A stretch of 11,960 nt of DNA from Armatimonadota bacterium (GTDB lineage: Bacteria; Vulcanimicrobiota; JACPDS01; JBDRKI01), in contig JBDRKI010000122.1 in assembly GCA_043814095.1 (NCBI GenBank), positions 1-11,960 on the forward strand, written 5' to 3'. Below, piece by piece: positions 1-7,789 of the stretch; positions within the stretch are counted from its first letter, which is position 1, and the number at the start of each line of letters is the position of its first letter. The notes under the pieces were generated by a model. That model was not told the origin of the DNA. It ran no database searches and saw only the letters and a program-made list of their open reading frames with translations. Position numbers and translations under genes: made by a program.

Positions 1-170
1 TTAGCGAATTTCTCAGCCGAAGAATAAACTCTGCCTGTCGCGACAATACATATTATGCCCTTTTTCTGGGCTTTTTTGACTGCCTTAACTGCCTGGGGAC
101 GGATCTTAAGATCTTTCCGCATTAATGTGCCGTCTAAATCAAAAGCAATAAGCTTATAATCACCGCTCAT
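1..170 (-). CDS. Cof-type HAD-IIB family hydrolase, 5' part (runs off the window edge)
   Basis: Hand translation from ATG at 170: MSGDYKLIAFDLDGTLMRKDLKIRPQAVKAVKKAQKKGIICIVATGRVYSSAEKFA. It contains HAD motif I (DLDGTL) and motif II (ATGR). Not in the ORF track. Confidence 0.9.
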   Translation of the reverse strand, partial: MSGDYKLIAFDLDGTLMRKDLKIRPQAVKAVKKAQKKGIICIVATGRVYSSAEKFA

Positions 171-195
171 AATTATCTTCCGTGTTTAAAATTAA

Positions 196-1500
196 TTAAG
201 GTATAAGTCTGGTTATATCCCTGGGGAATAAAGTCGCTTCCCTGATATTATCAAGACCTAATAGCTTGGCGGTTAACCTTTCAAGACCTATAGCAAGGCC
301 GCCGTGAGGAGGCATACCGTATTTAAATGCTTCTAAATAGAAAGAGAAGCTCTCTGTATCCATACCGAGTCTTTTCATTTTCTCTATATACATATCATAC
401 CCGTGTATACGCTGGCCGCCCGTTGTAATCTCAAGACCCTTAAATAAAAGGTCAAACCCGAGAGTATATTCCATATCTTCCGGGTCTTCCATGGTGTAAA
501 ACGGGCGTTTGCTTGTCGGAAAATGGGTAACGAATAAAAAGTCTGAACCCAGCTCTTCTTTTGCGTACCTGCATATAAGTTTCTCTTCTTCAGGAGCAAA
601 ATCCGGCTCGTTTAAGCATTTTCTCTTAAACTTGTCTTCCAGTATTTGCTGTGCTTCTCTGAGCTTCATAGATGGTATATCTTTAGGAACATCCGGCATC
701 TCCATTTTAAACTCTTCAAAAACATCAGCACATTCTTCTTTTATTTTATCAAACATAAAAATTAAAAAATCATTCTCCATTCTTGTTACATCCCTGAAGC
801 TGTCTATGAACCCCATCTCAAAATCCAAGCTTGTATATTCGTTAAGATGGCGTGCCGTGTTATGCTCTTCAGCCCTGAACGCTGGTCCCACTTCAAATAC
901 TCTTTCAAATATGCCTACCATTATCTGTTTATAGAACTGGGGGGACTGAGTAAGATACGCGGGTTCCCCGAAATAATCAAGAGTAAATATATTTGCTCCG
1001 CCTTCGGCGCCTGCTTTAACTATTTTAGGCGAGCATATACGGGTAAAGTTTCGGGATACCAAAAACTCGGAGAAATACTGCAGTATCTTAGACTGGAGCT
1101 TAAATACCTGCCTTATCCTGGGATGCCGCAGAGTCAACGCCCTGTGATCAAGAACGGTATCAAGATGGGCTTTAAGATCTTTTTTATTTAGCTGGACTAC
1201 AGGTTCATCCTTAACAAGTGATATTACTCCTATATCCTTAACTTTCATCTCAACACCTAAAGATACTCTTTCCTCTTTTACGATCATGCCTGTCATTTTA
1301 AGAACGCTTTCAACCCCAACACCATCAAGTTTCTTAATAAGCTCTTCATTCTCGCATACGCCCTGTATAATGCCTGTTACATCCCTTATAACCACAAACG
1401 CAAGATTAGCGCCCATAAGCCGTATTTTATGCGCCCATCCGCTTACAGAAACTTCCTTATCTATGTAATTTACCGTATCTTTTACGTAAATCCGATCCAT
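196..1500 (-). CDS. aspS: Aspartate--tRNA(Asp/Asn) ligase, short archaeal-type AspRS (probably non-discriminating)
   Basis: About 434 aa. N-terminal OB-fold anticodon domain (GWAHKIR), the Asp-type LTQSPQFYKQ, class II motif 2 (FRAE) and motif 3 (GLAIGLERL), and a FPRD C-terminus. It lacks the bacterial GAD insertion. Start moved to ATG 1500 because GGAGG lies at 1506-1510. Confidence 0.92.
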   Translation of the reverse strand: MDRIYVKDTVNYIDKEVSVSGWAHKIRLMGANLAFVVIRDVTGIIQGVCENEELIKKLDGVGVESVLKMTGMIVKEERVSLGVEMKVKDIGVISLVKDEPVVQLNKKDLKAHLDTVLDHRALTLRHPRIRQVFKLQSKILQYFSEFLVSRNFTRICSPKIVKAGAEGGANIFTLDYFGEPAYLTQSPQFYKQIMVGIFERVFEVGPAFRAEEHNTARHLNEYTSLDFEMGFIDSFRDVTRMENDFLIFMFDKIKEECADVFEEFKMEMPDVPKDIPSMKLREAQQILEDKFKRKCLNEPDFAPEEEKLICRYAKEELGSDFLFVTHFPTSKRPFYTMEDPEDMEYTLGFDLLFKGLEITTGGQRIHGYDMYIEKMKRLGMDTESFSFYLEAFKYGMPPHGGLAIGLERLTAKLLGLDNIREATLFPRDITRLIP

Positions 1501-1627
1501 AAAGACCTCCATCTTTGTCTTTAGCCATTTTAAATTATTATATAATTATACCTCAAATCCTTTAATAGTCCAGTATTAATAAAGAAGAAAAAATAAAGAT
1601 AAAACATAAAATGAATAAATAAAATAA

Positions 1628-1656
1628 GCGGTACCTGCCTATCAGGCAGATACCGC
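1628..1656 (-). terminator. Intrinsic terminator downstream of the 1687-2070 orphan
   Basis: GCGGTAcCTGCCT-atc-AGGCAGaTACCGC hairpin, followed on the minus strand by TTATTTT. Confidence 0.7.
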
Positions 1657-1686
1657 CTCCCCCAAGCTTTATATTCTAATTAATTA

Positions 1687-2070
1687 TTATATCTTAAATT
1701 TTACACGAGGTACTGAACCAGGTTTAACTTTAATAGGCACCATATCGCGAAGGTTAGCACCCGGCATCTTTCTTATCTTAACTTCACCGATATTAAGCTT
1801 TACGGGCACTTCCACTTTAGCTTTCGGCCTGAAAACATCTAAGCATCTCTGCAGCCAGCTTTTACCGTTGTTTTTGCTTCCTACAGTTGCAGTAGTTGCA
1901 TCTCTTAAATTAGCTCCTTTAGGAGCATTTAAAGGTGTGCCCTCTTCCTGTATACTGTCTACAAAACGAACTACTTGTCCGGGTCTAGGAACATTTGCCC
2001 TTGGTTTTTTACCTATGCCTCTTCCTTCTGTTGCGGTTTTTTGTCCTGTTTTAATATTCATATCTGACAT
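1687..2070 (-). CDS. Orphan basic protein, 127 aa, with GANLRD motifs and a Lys-rich C-terminal tail (pair 1)
   Basis: Strong SD GAGGAGG just upstream of ATG 2070 (MSDMNIKTG...). The ORF-track extension to 2172 runs through the promoter. It has its own promoter and terminator and is paralogous to 2283-2651. Confidence 0.8.
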   Translation of the reverse strand: MSDMNIKTGQKTATEGRGIGKKPRANVPRPGQVVRFVDSIQEEGTPLNAPKGANLRDATTATVGSKNNGKSWLQRCLDVFRPKAKVEVPVKLNIGEVKIRKMPGANLRDMVPIKVKPGSVPRVKFKI

Positions 2071-2116
2071 AATTTCCTCCTCAATCCCCGTATCTATACG
2101 GTTCTTCTTACTTATA

Positions 2117-2192
2117 ACTATACCATAGTGAGTTTGCCAAAATATTAAAATTTTGTTAACAAATGTTAACAAAATGTTAAATTTTTGTTAAC
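2117..2192 (-). promoter_or_regulatory. Promoter with extended -10 and a phased TTAACA-like repeat array
   Basis: Minus-strand TGgTATAGT at 2117-2125 and TTGGCA at 2135-2140. T(G/A)TTAA copies (+ strand reading) start at 2143, 2154, 2164, 2175 and 2186, a 10-11 bp period. Confidence 0.7.
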
Positions 2193-2217
2193 ATTTTAAA
2201 AATAAAATGGTAAATAG

Positions 2218-2258
2218 AAAAACGGAGCTGATTTTCATAATCAAACCCCGTTTTTTTT
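2218..2258. terminator. Intrinsic terminator downstream of 2283-2651
   Basis: Imperfect hairpin AAAAACGG..TGATT-ttcat-AATCA..CCGTTTTT with A/T tracts on both sides. Confidence 0.6.
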
Positions 2259-2282
2259 ATAATTTTATGGATAAATATACTT

Positions 2283-2651
2283 TTAAGGAAGTCTTATAAT
2301 TCTTAAAAATTTGACAAATTTTTGACTTATTTTTAACGCCTTGCCCGGCGCTAAATCATATAGCTTTACGCCCTGTACGGGCAGTTCTTTAACTTTCCCT
2401 ATATTAAATTTTACGGGTGCTTCGATCTTTATCGTTTTACTCGGGATCTTTTTGGGCTGTTCTACAACAGCGGCATCTCTCAAGTTAGCTTGAGGCATTT
2501 TGCTCTTCTTTACCGCCGCCCTAGACTTAATATCCGCACCATCCCTTATATTAGCGCCGGGAATCATCCTTCCGCCTTCTGCCTTAATCTCTCTGCCGGC
2601 TTTATCTATAAATCTATCTAAAGGTGTTTTCCTAACTTTTACATCTCCCAT
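2283..2651 (-). CDS. Orphan basic protein, 122 aa, with GANLRD-like motifs and a Lys/Arg-rich C-terminal tail (pair 1)
   Basis: SD GGAGG upstream of ATG 2651. Contains GANIRD and QANLRD and shares the PVKxNIGxVK block with 1687-2070. Confidence 0.8.
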   Translation of the reverse strand: MGDVKVRKTPLDRFIDKAGREIKAEGGRMIPGANIRDGADIKSRAAVKKSKMPQANLRDAAVVEQPKKIPSKTIKIEAPVKFNIGKVKELPVQGVKLYDLAPGKALKISQKFVKFLRIIRLP

Positions 2652-2684
2652 TATACTGCCTCCGTAAAGATATTAAGTATTAAA

Positions 2685-2719
2685 GTTATAAAAAAAGTAC
2701 CTGTTTGTCAAGTACTTTT
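2685..2719 (-). promoter_or_regulatory. Overlapping terminator hairpin and possible sigma70 promoter for 2283-2651
   Basis: Inverted repeat AAAAGTAC (2693-2700) / GTACTTTT (2712-2719). Minus-strand TTGACA at 2706-2711, with TATAAC after a 15-bp spacer (non-optimal). Confidence 0.4.
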
Positions 2720-2747
2720 ATAAATAAAATATTGTTCCTGCTAAATG

Positions 2748-3722
2748 CTAGTATTCTTCAACAAATGCACCCGCGCCCGGGACCCCGTGAACATCTAAAT
2801 TAATCACTTTTCCGTTATATTCCCTTATTGGCCTTATTGTAAACATAGGGGTATGCCCCACTACCAGGGCTTTGGCCCCTGCTATCTTTAAAAAATCGTC
2901 TATCTCTTCTTCAGAAAAAGGAGCAGCTGTTGAACCAGTATTTATATCAAATCCGAATATTTTTCTGCTCCAGATATAGGATTTTATTAATTCTTCTTTT
3001 TCCTGATCCGGCATGGTCTTTAATTCCTTATTTATGTCTTTTACACTCATCCAGTAGCTTTTATTATCAGGTATGGTATGGGAGAAAAATATCCCGTTTA
3101 TTTTAACTGCAAGCTTTAAATTTTTACCGTAAAATTTTCCAAGATTCCCGTTTAAACTCTTAAACCAGTTATCAAACGATCCGAAGCTCCGGATTGTTTC
3201 TTTGCCTCCCTGTGTAAACCAGTTTAAAAAGTACATGAATTTTTCAAGATTTTTCCCCGTGTAGTTTTTACCGAACAGGTAACTTCTCATATCCATATCA
3301 TTATTTAAGTTTTCAGAAAGAGAAGTAAATTCTTCTTTACCCATACCCTTCACAATATCATGGGAATCAAGCATCATCTTATCGTGATTGCCGAGGAGAA
3401 GATGAATCCTGCTTTTAAATGTTTTCCTTTTCTTACGCAGAAACTTTAATTCTTCCCCTAGGTAGATAATATATTCCAACAGTTTCCTTATGTTAAGAAC
3501 CCATGTGTCGGGACTGCCTTCCAAGGGTTCTCCCCGCCAGTCTTCATAATCACCCATAAGTACAAGATCCGTATTCTTTTCTTTTGTATTCCATTTTAAA
3601 GAATTTTTCTTTAAAAGGTTATTCTCCCGCAAAATACGGATAAACCTGTAATAATCGCCGTGCAGGTCGCCGATGGCGATAAGTTTTTTTATTTTTTTAT
3701 TTTTTTTATATTTTCTCGTCAT
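2748..3722 (-). CDS. Calcineurin-like metallophosphoesterase (PPP family, Shewanella-like phosphatase-like)
   Basis: Ordered metallophosphoesterase motifs GDLHG, GDYEDWRG, GNHD, FSH and GHT, plus C-terminal INLDVHG. Confidence 0.85.
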   Translation of the reverse strand: MTRKYKKNKKIKKLIAIGDLHGDYYRFIRILRENNLLKKNSLKWNTKEKNTDLVLMGDYEDWRGEPLEGSPDTWVLNIRKLLEYIIYLGEELKFLRKKRKTFKSRIHLLLGNHDKMMLDSHDIVKGMGKEEFTSLSENLNNDMDMRSYLFGKNYTGKNLEKFMYFLNWFTQGGKETIRSFGSFDNWFKSLNGNLGKFYGKNLKLAVKINGIFFSHTIPDNKSYWMSVKDINKELKTMPDQEKEELIKSYIWSRKIFGFDINTGSTAAPFSEEEIDDFLKIAGAKALVVGHTPMFTIRPIREYNGKVINLDVHGVPGAGAFVEEY

Positions 3723-3736
3723 AATTTTAAAAAATT

Positions 3737-3775
3737 AATTTAAAGGGAAACCCTTTTTGAGTTTCCCTTTAAATT
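3737..3775. terminator. Intrinsic terminator at the end of the oxidoreductase operon
   Basis: Perfect 15-bp arms AATTTAAAGGGAAAC (3737-3751) / GTTTCCCTTTAAATT (3761-3775). Confidence 0.75.
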
Positions 3776-3804
3776 CTACAAAGAAAATCATATTCCTTGA
3801 TTAT

Positions 3805-4356
3805 TTAGCTGCATTTCGCGCAGCTCTTAACAGTTTCCGCTCCTCTTGCGAGGGCTTTTTTGTTAATCTCTATAAGGTCGGTTTTATCTTTTAATTTCTT
3901 AGATATAAAACTTACTATCGTCTCTATTTTAACTATCTTTGTTTTTTCCGCGTAAGCCCCGAGAGCCACCATATTGGCAACCTTGGTATTACCCAGCTCA
4001 CTGGCAATATCAGTTGCCGGGACTTTTATGACTTCTATATCTTTCCTCTCCACTTCCCTGTTCACCATGGAAGTGTTAAGTATCATAAGCCCCTTAGGTT
4101 TTATTGTGTTCTCAAATTTCTCAAGTGAGGGACGGTTCATGATTATCATTGAATCCGGATTTGAAACTACCGGTGAAGCTATCTCTTCGTCGGAGAAAAT
4201 AACCGTGCAGTTCGCGAACCCTCCTCTTGTTTCGGGACCGTAAGCCGGCATCCAAAGCACGTTTTTGCCTTCCTCAAGCCCCGCGTAAGCAAGCATCTGT
4301 CCTAAAGTCATGACTCCCTGACCGCCGAAACCGGCTACTATTAAATCATATAACAT
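3805..4356 (-). CDS. 2-oxoacid:ferredoxin oxidoreductase gamma subunit
   Basis: AGFGGQG, PAYGPETRGG and NMVALGA motifs. GGAGG SD favours ATG 4356 (MLYDLIV...). Confidence 0.93.
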   Translation of the reverse strand: MLYDLIVAGFGGQGVMTLGQMLAYAGLEEGKNVLWMPAYGPETRGGFANCTVIFSDEEIASPVVSNPDSMIIMNRPSLEKFENTIKPKGLMILNTSMVNREVERKDIEVIKVPATDIASELGNTKVANMVALGAYAEKTKIVKIETIVSFISKKLKDKTDLIEINKKALARGAETVKSCAKCS

Positions 4357-4372
4357 TTTAACCTCCAATTAT

Positions 4373-4518
4373 TTAACTGGCTTTTCTTAATTTTTCTTCG
4401 TACAGTCCTCTATAGAATGACCGACACCCGTAAACTCCTCCAAATCGGGTGAATAAAACCCGAAAAAATTAGGGTCATCCGTAGCTTCAATAATCAAAGA
4501 ATAAGGCATATCAATCAT
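4373..4518 (-). pseudogene. HicB-family antitoxin-like remnant (truncated or internally deleted)
   Basis: ATG 4518 gives MIDMPYSLIIEATDDPNFFGFYSPDLEEFTGVGHSIEDCTKKN* (stop at 4387-4389). This matches the HicB N-terminal pattern Y-x-hydrophobic-E...PDL-x-G/E...G-x-[ST]-x-E-[ED]. A second frame reads EEKLRKAS* to 4373. Not in the ORF track. Confidence 0.65.
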
Positions 4519-4540
4519 TTTTTACACATCCCTTTTAAGC

Positions 4541-5275
4541 TTACACATTCTTAAATTCGCCCAATTTATAATAAGGGAGCATATTTTTCTCAAGCCACTC
4601 CATGGATTCCATAACATCCATACCCCAGTTAGAAGGACATGTTGAAAGAACTTCTACCATGGCAAACCCTTTGCCCTGCACCTGGTTCTCAAACGCTTTT
4701 TTAATAGCCTGTTTGGCTTTGCGCACATGAGCGGGATTATGGGTTGATACTCTGGCTATATAAGAGGGGGCATCTAATGTAGCGAGCATTTCGCTCATCT
4801 TGATAGGATGTCCCGCCATTTTAAGATCCCTTCCGAAAGGCGTTGTCTGAGTTTTCTGACCTTCAAGCGTTGTAGGGGCCATCTGTCCGCCTGTCATGCC
4901 GTATATGGCATTATTAACGAATATAGCGGTTATATTATCGCCTCTTACGGCCGCGTGTACTATCTCCGCTGTTCCTATTGCCGCGAGATCCCCGTCTCCC
5001 TGATAGGTGAATACGGTAAGATCAGGGTTTGTCCTTTTTACGCCCACGGCAACAGCGGGAGCTCTACCGTGCGCGGCCTGGATCATATCGCATTTGAAAA
5101 ATTCATAAGCAAATACCGAACATCCTACAGGCGCAACGCCTACCGTGGATTCCCTTATGCCCAGCTCATCCATTGTTTCGGCAACAAGCCTGTGAATTAT
5201 GCCGTGCGTGCATCCCGGACAATAGGTAAACGGTTTATCTGTTAAACTTTCCGGTTTTGATAATATTTTCTGCAT
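4541..5275 (-). CDS. 2-oxoacid:ferredoxin oxidoreductase beta (TPP-binding) subunit
   Basis: YCPGCTHG, GCS, HGRA, the TPP motif GDGD...NN.IYGMTGGQ, and CP near the C-terminus. Confidence 0.95.
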   Translation of the reverse strand: MQKILSKPESLTDKPFTYCPGCTHGIIHRLVAETMDELGIRESTVGVAPVGCSVFAYEFFKCDMIQAAHGRAPAVAVGVKRTNPDLTVFTYQGDGDLAAIGTAEIVHAAVRGDNITAIFVNNAIYGMTGGQMAPTTLEGQKTQTTPFGRDLKMAGHPIKMSEMLATLDAPSYIARVSTHNPAHVRKAKQAIKKAFENQVQGKGFAMVEVLSTCPSNWGMDVMESMEWLEKNMLPYYKLGEFKNV

Positions 5276-5284
5276 CCTTCCTCC

Positions 5285-6346
5285 TTATACGCTTACTTTA
5301 TCATTTATTAATTTTTCAACATTATCCAAAATCTCTTCCACAGTCGGGACCATGCCGCCCATTCTCCCGTAGAAGCTTACAGGCAGACGCCCGTTAATTA
5401 CGAGTTTAACGTCTTCTACCATCTGACCCGCGCTCATCTCAGTAACTAAAACTTTCTTCCATTTCTTTAAATTCTCAAAATGCTTATCAGGGAAAGGCCA
5501 CAAAGTTATAGGCCTTAAAAGTCCTGCTTTTATGCCTTTAGCTCTTGCGGCTTTAACCGCGCTTTTTGCTATTCTTGCGAGAGTGCCGTACGCAACAATA
5601 AGAATCTCGGCATCATCTGTCATAAACTCTTCGGCTCTCTGCTCTTTTTCTTTAATTTTTGCGTATTTTGCCTGTAGCTTCTCGTTATGTTTTTCCAGTT
5701 CCTGAGGTTCAAGATGTATTGAACTTATAATATTGGGCTCTCTGCCTTTGCATCCCGTTGTAGCCCAGCTTTTATCAAACTTTTTGGGAGTATATTCGGT
5801 AAATTCAACCGGCTCCATTAACTGGCCCAGCATACCGTCTGTCAGTATAAAAGCGGGGTTCCTGTATTCGTCAGCAAGATCAAAGGCAAGCCTTACAAGT
5901 TCAACTATTTCCTGTACGGTTGAAGGAGACAGAACTATCAATCTGTAATCTCCGTGGCCGCCACCCTTAGTGGCCTGGAAATAATCCGCCTGTGAGGGCT
6001 GTATTGTGCCTAAGCCCGGGCCTCCTCTTTGAACATTCACTATCATGCACGGAAGTTCCGCCCCGCAAAGATATGAAATGCCTTCCTGTTTAAGACTTAT
6101 CCCGGGGGATGAAGATGATGTCATAACTCTCACCCCTGTAGAAGACGCGCCGTAAACCATATTAATCGCGGCGACTTCGCTCTCCGCTTGCAGGAATACT
6201 CCGCCTATCTGAGGGAGCTTTTTGGAAAGATACGCGGGAAGCTCGCTCTGGGGGGTGATGGGATATCCAAAGAAATATTTACACCCCGCGGTAATCGCAG
6301 CCTCGCCTATCGCTTCATTTCCTTTCATTAAAACTTTTTTACCCAT
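5285..6346 (-). CDS. vorB: 2-oxoacid:ferredoxin oxidoreductase alpha subunit (VorB-like, 3-methyl-2-oxobutanoate dehydrogenase type)
   Basis: GNEA, GYPITPQSE, QAESE, TSSSSPGISLKQE, RGGPGLG and LWPFP motifs. GGAGG SD favours ATG 6346. Substrate specificity cannot be determined from sequence alone. Confidence 0.9.
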   Translation of the reverse strand: MGKKVLMKGNEAIGEAAITAGCKYFFGYPITPQSELPAYLSKKLPQIGGVFLQAESEVAAINMVYGASSTGVRVMTSSSSPGISLKQEGISYLCGAELPCMIVNVQRGGPGLGTIQPSQADYFQATKGGGHGDYRLIVLSPSTVQEIVELVRLAFDLADEYRNPAFILTDGMLGQLMEPVEFTEYTPKKFDKSWATTGCKGREPNIISSIHLEPQELEKHNEKLQAKYAKIKEKEQRAEEFMTDDAEILIVAYGTLARIAKSAVKAARAKGIKAGLLRPITLWPFPDKHFENLKKWKKVLVTEMSAGQMVEDVKLVINGRLPVSFYGRMGGMVPTVEEILDNVEKLINDKVSV

Positions 6347-6372
6347 ATAATCCTCCATTACAAATTATAGTT

Positions 6373-6603
6373 TTACACGGAAGCTTTCGCTTTTTCATCC
6401 TTGTAAACGGTTATGGCCGCGTCGGGGCACATCATATAGCATATGCCGCACGCGGTGCAGAGCTTCTCATCCGCCTGAACCGCGGGATAAAAACCTTTCG
6501 CGTTTAAGTGATCAGAAAATTTCAATACATTTTTAGGACAAAAATTTATACACAAGCCGCAGCCCTTGCATAAATTCTCATCAACTACCACTTTATTGGG
6601 CAT
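6373..6603 (-). CDS. 2x[4Fe-4S] ferredoxin (delta subunit of the oxidoreductase)
   Basis: Two CxxCxxCxxxCP motifs (CKGCGLCINFCP, CTACGICYMMCP). GGAGG SD favours ATG 6603. Confidence 0.95.
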   Translation of the reverse strand: MPNKVVVDENLCKGCGLCINFCPKNVLKFSDHLNAKGFYPAVQADEKLCTACGICYMMCPDAAITVYKDEKAKASV

Positions 6604-6658
6604 AACAAACCTCCTTGTTTTATTTATATTCAACCCGTAACCGGGCAAATATTTCCGT

Positions 6659-6676
6659 TTGCGAATTATTTCACAA
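6659..6676. promoter_or_regulatory. Probable Rex (NADH/NAD+ sensor) operator
   Basis: TTGCGAA-TTAT-TTCACAA is one mismatch from the Rex consensus TTGTGAA-W4-TTCACAA. It sits between the promoter and the start of a redox operon. Confidence 0.7.
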
Positions 6677-6729
6677 ATTGCCGCATAAAATAAAACCGTA
6701 TTTTAAAACAGGTTCCGGCGATCCTTTAC

Positions 6730-6758
6730 ATTATATAATATACGGATATTTACCGCAA
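6730..6758 (-). promoter_or_regulatory. Sigma70-type promoter of the oxidoreductase operon
   Basis: Minus-strand TTGCGG (6753-6758), 17-bp spacer, TATAAT (6730-6735). Confidence 0.55.
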
Positions 6759-6821
6759 ATAAAAGACCACTGCTAATATTTGACTAATATTTAATAAATC
6801 CTTTAATTGAATAAAAAATAT

Positions 6822-6859
6822 AAAAAACAGGATTATGACCATAATTATTCCTGTTTTTT
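6822..6859. terminator. Intrinsic (bidirectional-type) terminator downstream of pair 2
   Basis: Arms AAAAAACAGGA (6822-6832) / TCCTGTTTTTT (6849-6859). Confidence 0.65.
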
Positions 6860-6948
6860 TATTTATTTTTTACTTTAAGGCAAATGTTATGTATCTGTTA
6901 TTAAGAAAGCCTGCCTGCTTTATATTATTATTCATCTCGCTCATAATA

Positions 6949-7779
6949 TTACCACCATTTAATTTTCATCTTTGGCAACTTTGCCGGTTCAACCTTTATT
7001 TTATGTTTAAACCTTACCGTCCTAATTTCCGAAGCTTTTACGGATTCATGAAGAACAGTAGTAGCAGGCTTCGGTTTTCTAAAAATGTTTTTGAATTTAT
7101 CAAGCATTCTCCCCATTCCTTTTTTCCTGGGAGCAATACCTTCCTGGATATACCTGCATAACTTATTGAATCCCAAGTTATTATAGACTTCATTGTGTTT
7201 TAACATCAGGAGTTCGGCTTTAAGCTTTTTAATGACATACTCGGTTTCTATAAAATAGTTACTGTTTTTAACATAGCTATTTCTTACACAATCCACAACC
7301 TTTCTTGATCTTGGGTCGATTTCGACAGTAAATAAAAATCTCTCCAGGTCTTTCTCAAGCTCTGCCGTCATATATTCCAGTTTTCTTCCATCAAAAATAT
7401 TTTCAAAAACCTTTTTAAAGCTTGTCCTTACTTTGTCTTTCGGTCCGGCCAGCTCTTTCTCCGCATCGGTTATATACCTGTAGTAAAGACCTTCTTCTAG
7501 TTGACTGCTGTGCTTATAAAGAGCATACTGGTGTTCGTATTTTAATCTTGCCGAAAAATACTCCCCCCAGTCTTTATCCGCGGCAACCAGCATATACTGG
7601 AGTTCCTTCGCTTCCTCTCTTATAACATTTCTTACGGCAACGAAATCACCGGGGTCTATGCCCGAACTTTTTACCTTTCCCCCGAAATAATTTAAAAGCT
7701 CCAGAGAAAGGTTTGTCGTATCTGAAACTTTAAGCTGAAATGTGGCTGAGGAAACAGGCGTAAGCACTTTATTGTTCAT
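6949..7779 (-). CDS. Orphan protein, 276 aa, with a Lys-rich C-terminal tail (pair 2)
   Basis: SD AAGGAG upstream of ATG 7779 (MNNKVLTP...), 10 bp after the stop of the upstream gene. Diverged paralog of 7790-8620. Confidence 0.82.
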   Translation of the reverse strand: MNNKVLTPVSSATFQLKVSDTTNLSLELLNYFGGKVKSSGIDPGDFVAVRNVIREEAKELQYMLVAADKDWGEYFSARLKYEHQYALYKHSSQLEEGLYYRYITDAEKELAGPKDKVRTSFKKVFENIFDGRKLEYMTAELEKDLERFLFTVEIDPRSRKVVDCVRNSYVKNSNYFIETEYVIKKLKAELLMLKHNEVYNNLGFNKLCRYIQEGIAPRKKGMGRMLDKFKNIFRKPKPATTVLHESVKASEIRTVRFKHKIKVEPAKLPKMKIKWW

Positions 7780-7789
7780 AAAAACTCCT

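Noticed and set aside
384-1468. Alternative-frame and antisense ORFs inside aspS (384-599, 509-934, 847-1191, 1286-1468)
   Set aside because: Shadow ORFs fully overlapping a conserved gene, with no motifs.
1501-1627. T-box riboswitch upstream of aspS
   Set aside because: The leader is too short and AT-rich, and no T-box (UGGNACC) antiterminator motif is evident.
2143-2192. TGTTAAC arrays as CRISPR repeats, iterons or DnaA boxes
   Set aside because: The units are only 10-11 bp with no spacers, there are no cas or rep genes, and they do not match TTATCCACA. Their position relative to -10 elements points to transcription-factor sites.
1730-2560. GANLRD as a pentapeptide-repeat (A[DN]Lxx) domain
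   Set aside because: The copies are isolated and tens of residues apart. Pentapeptide-repeat folds need many contiguous repeats.
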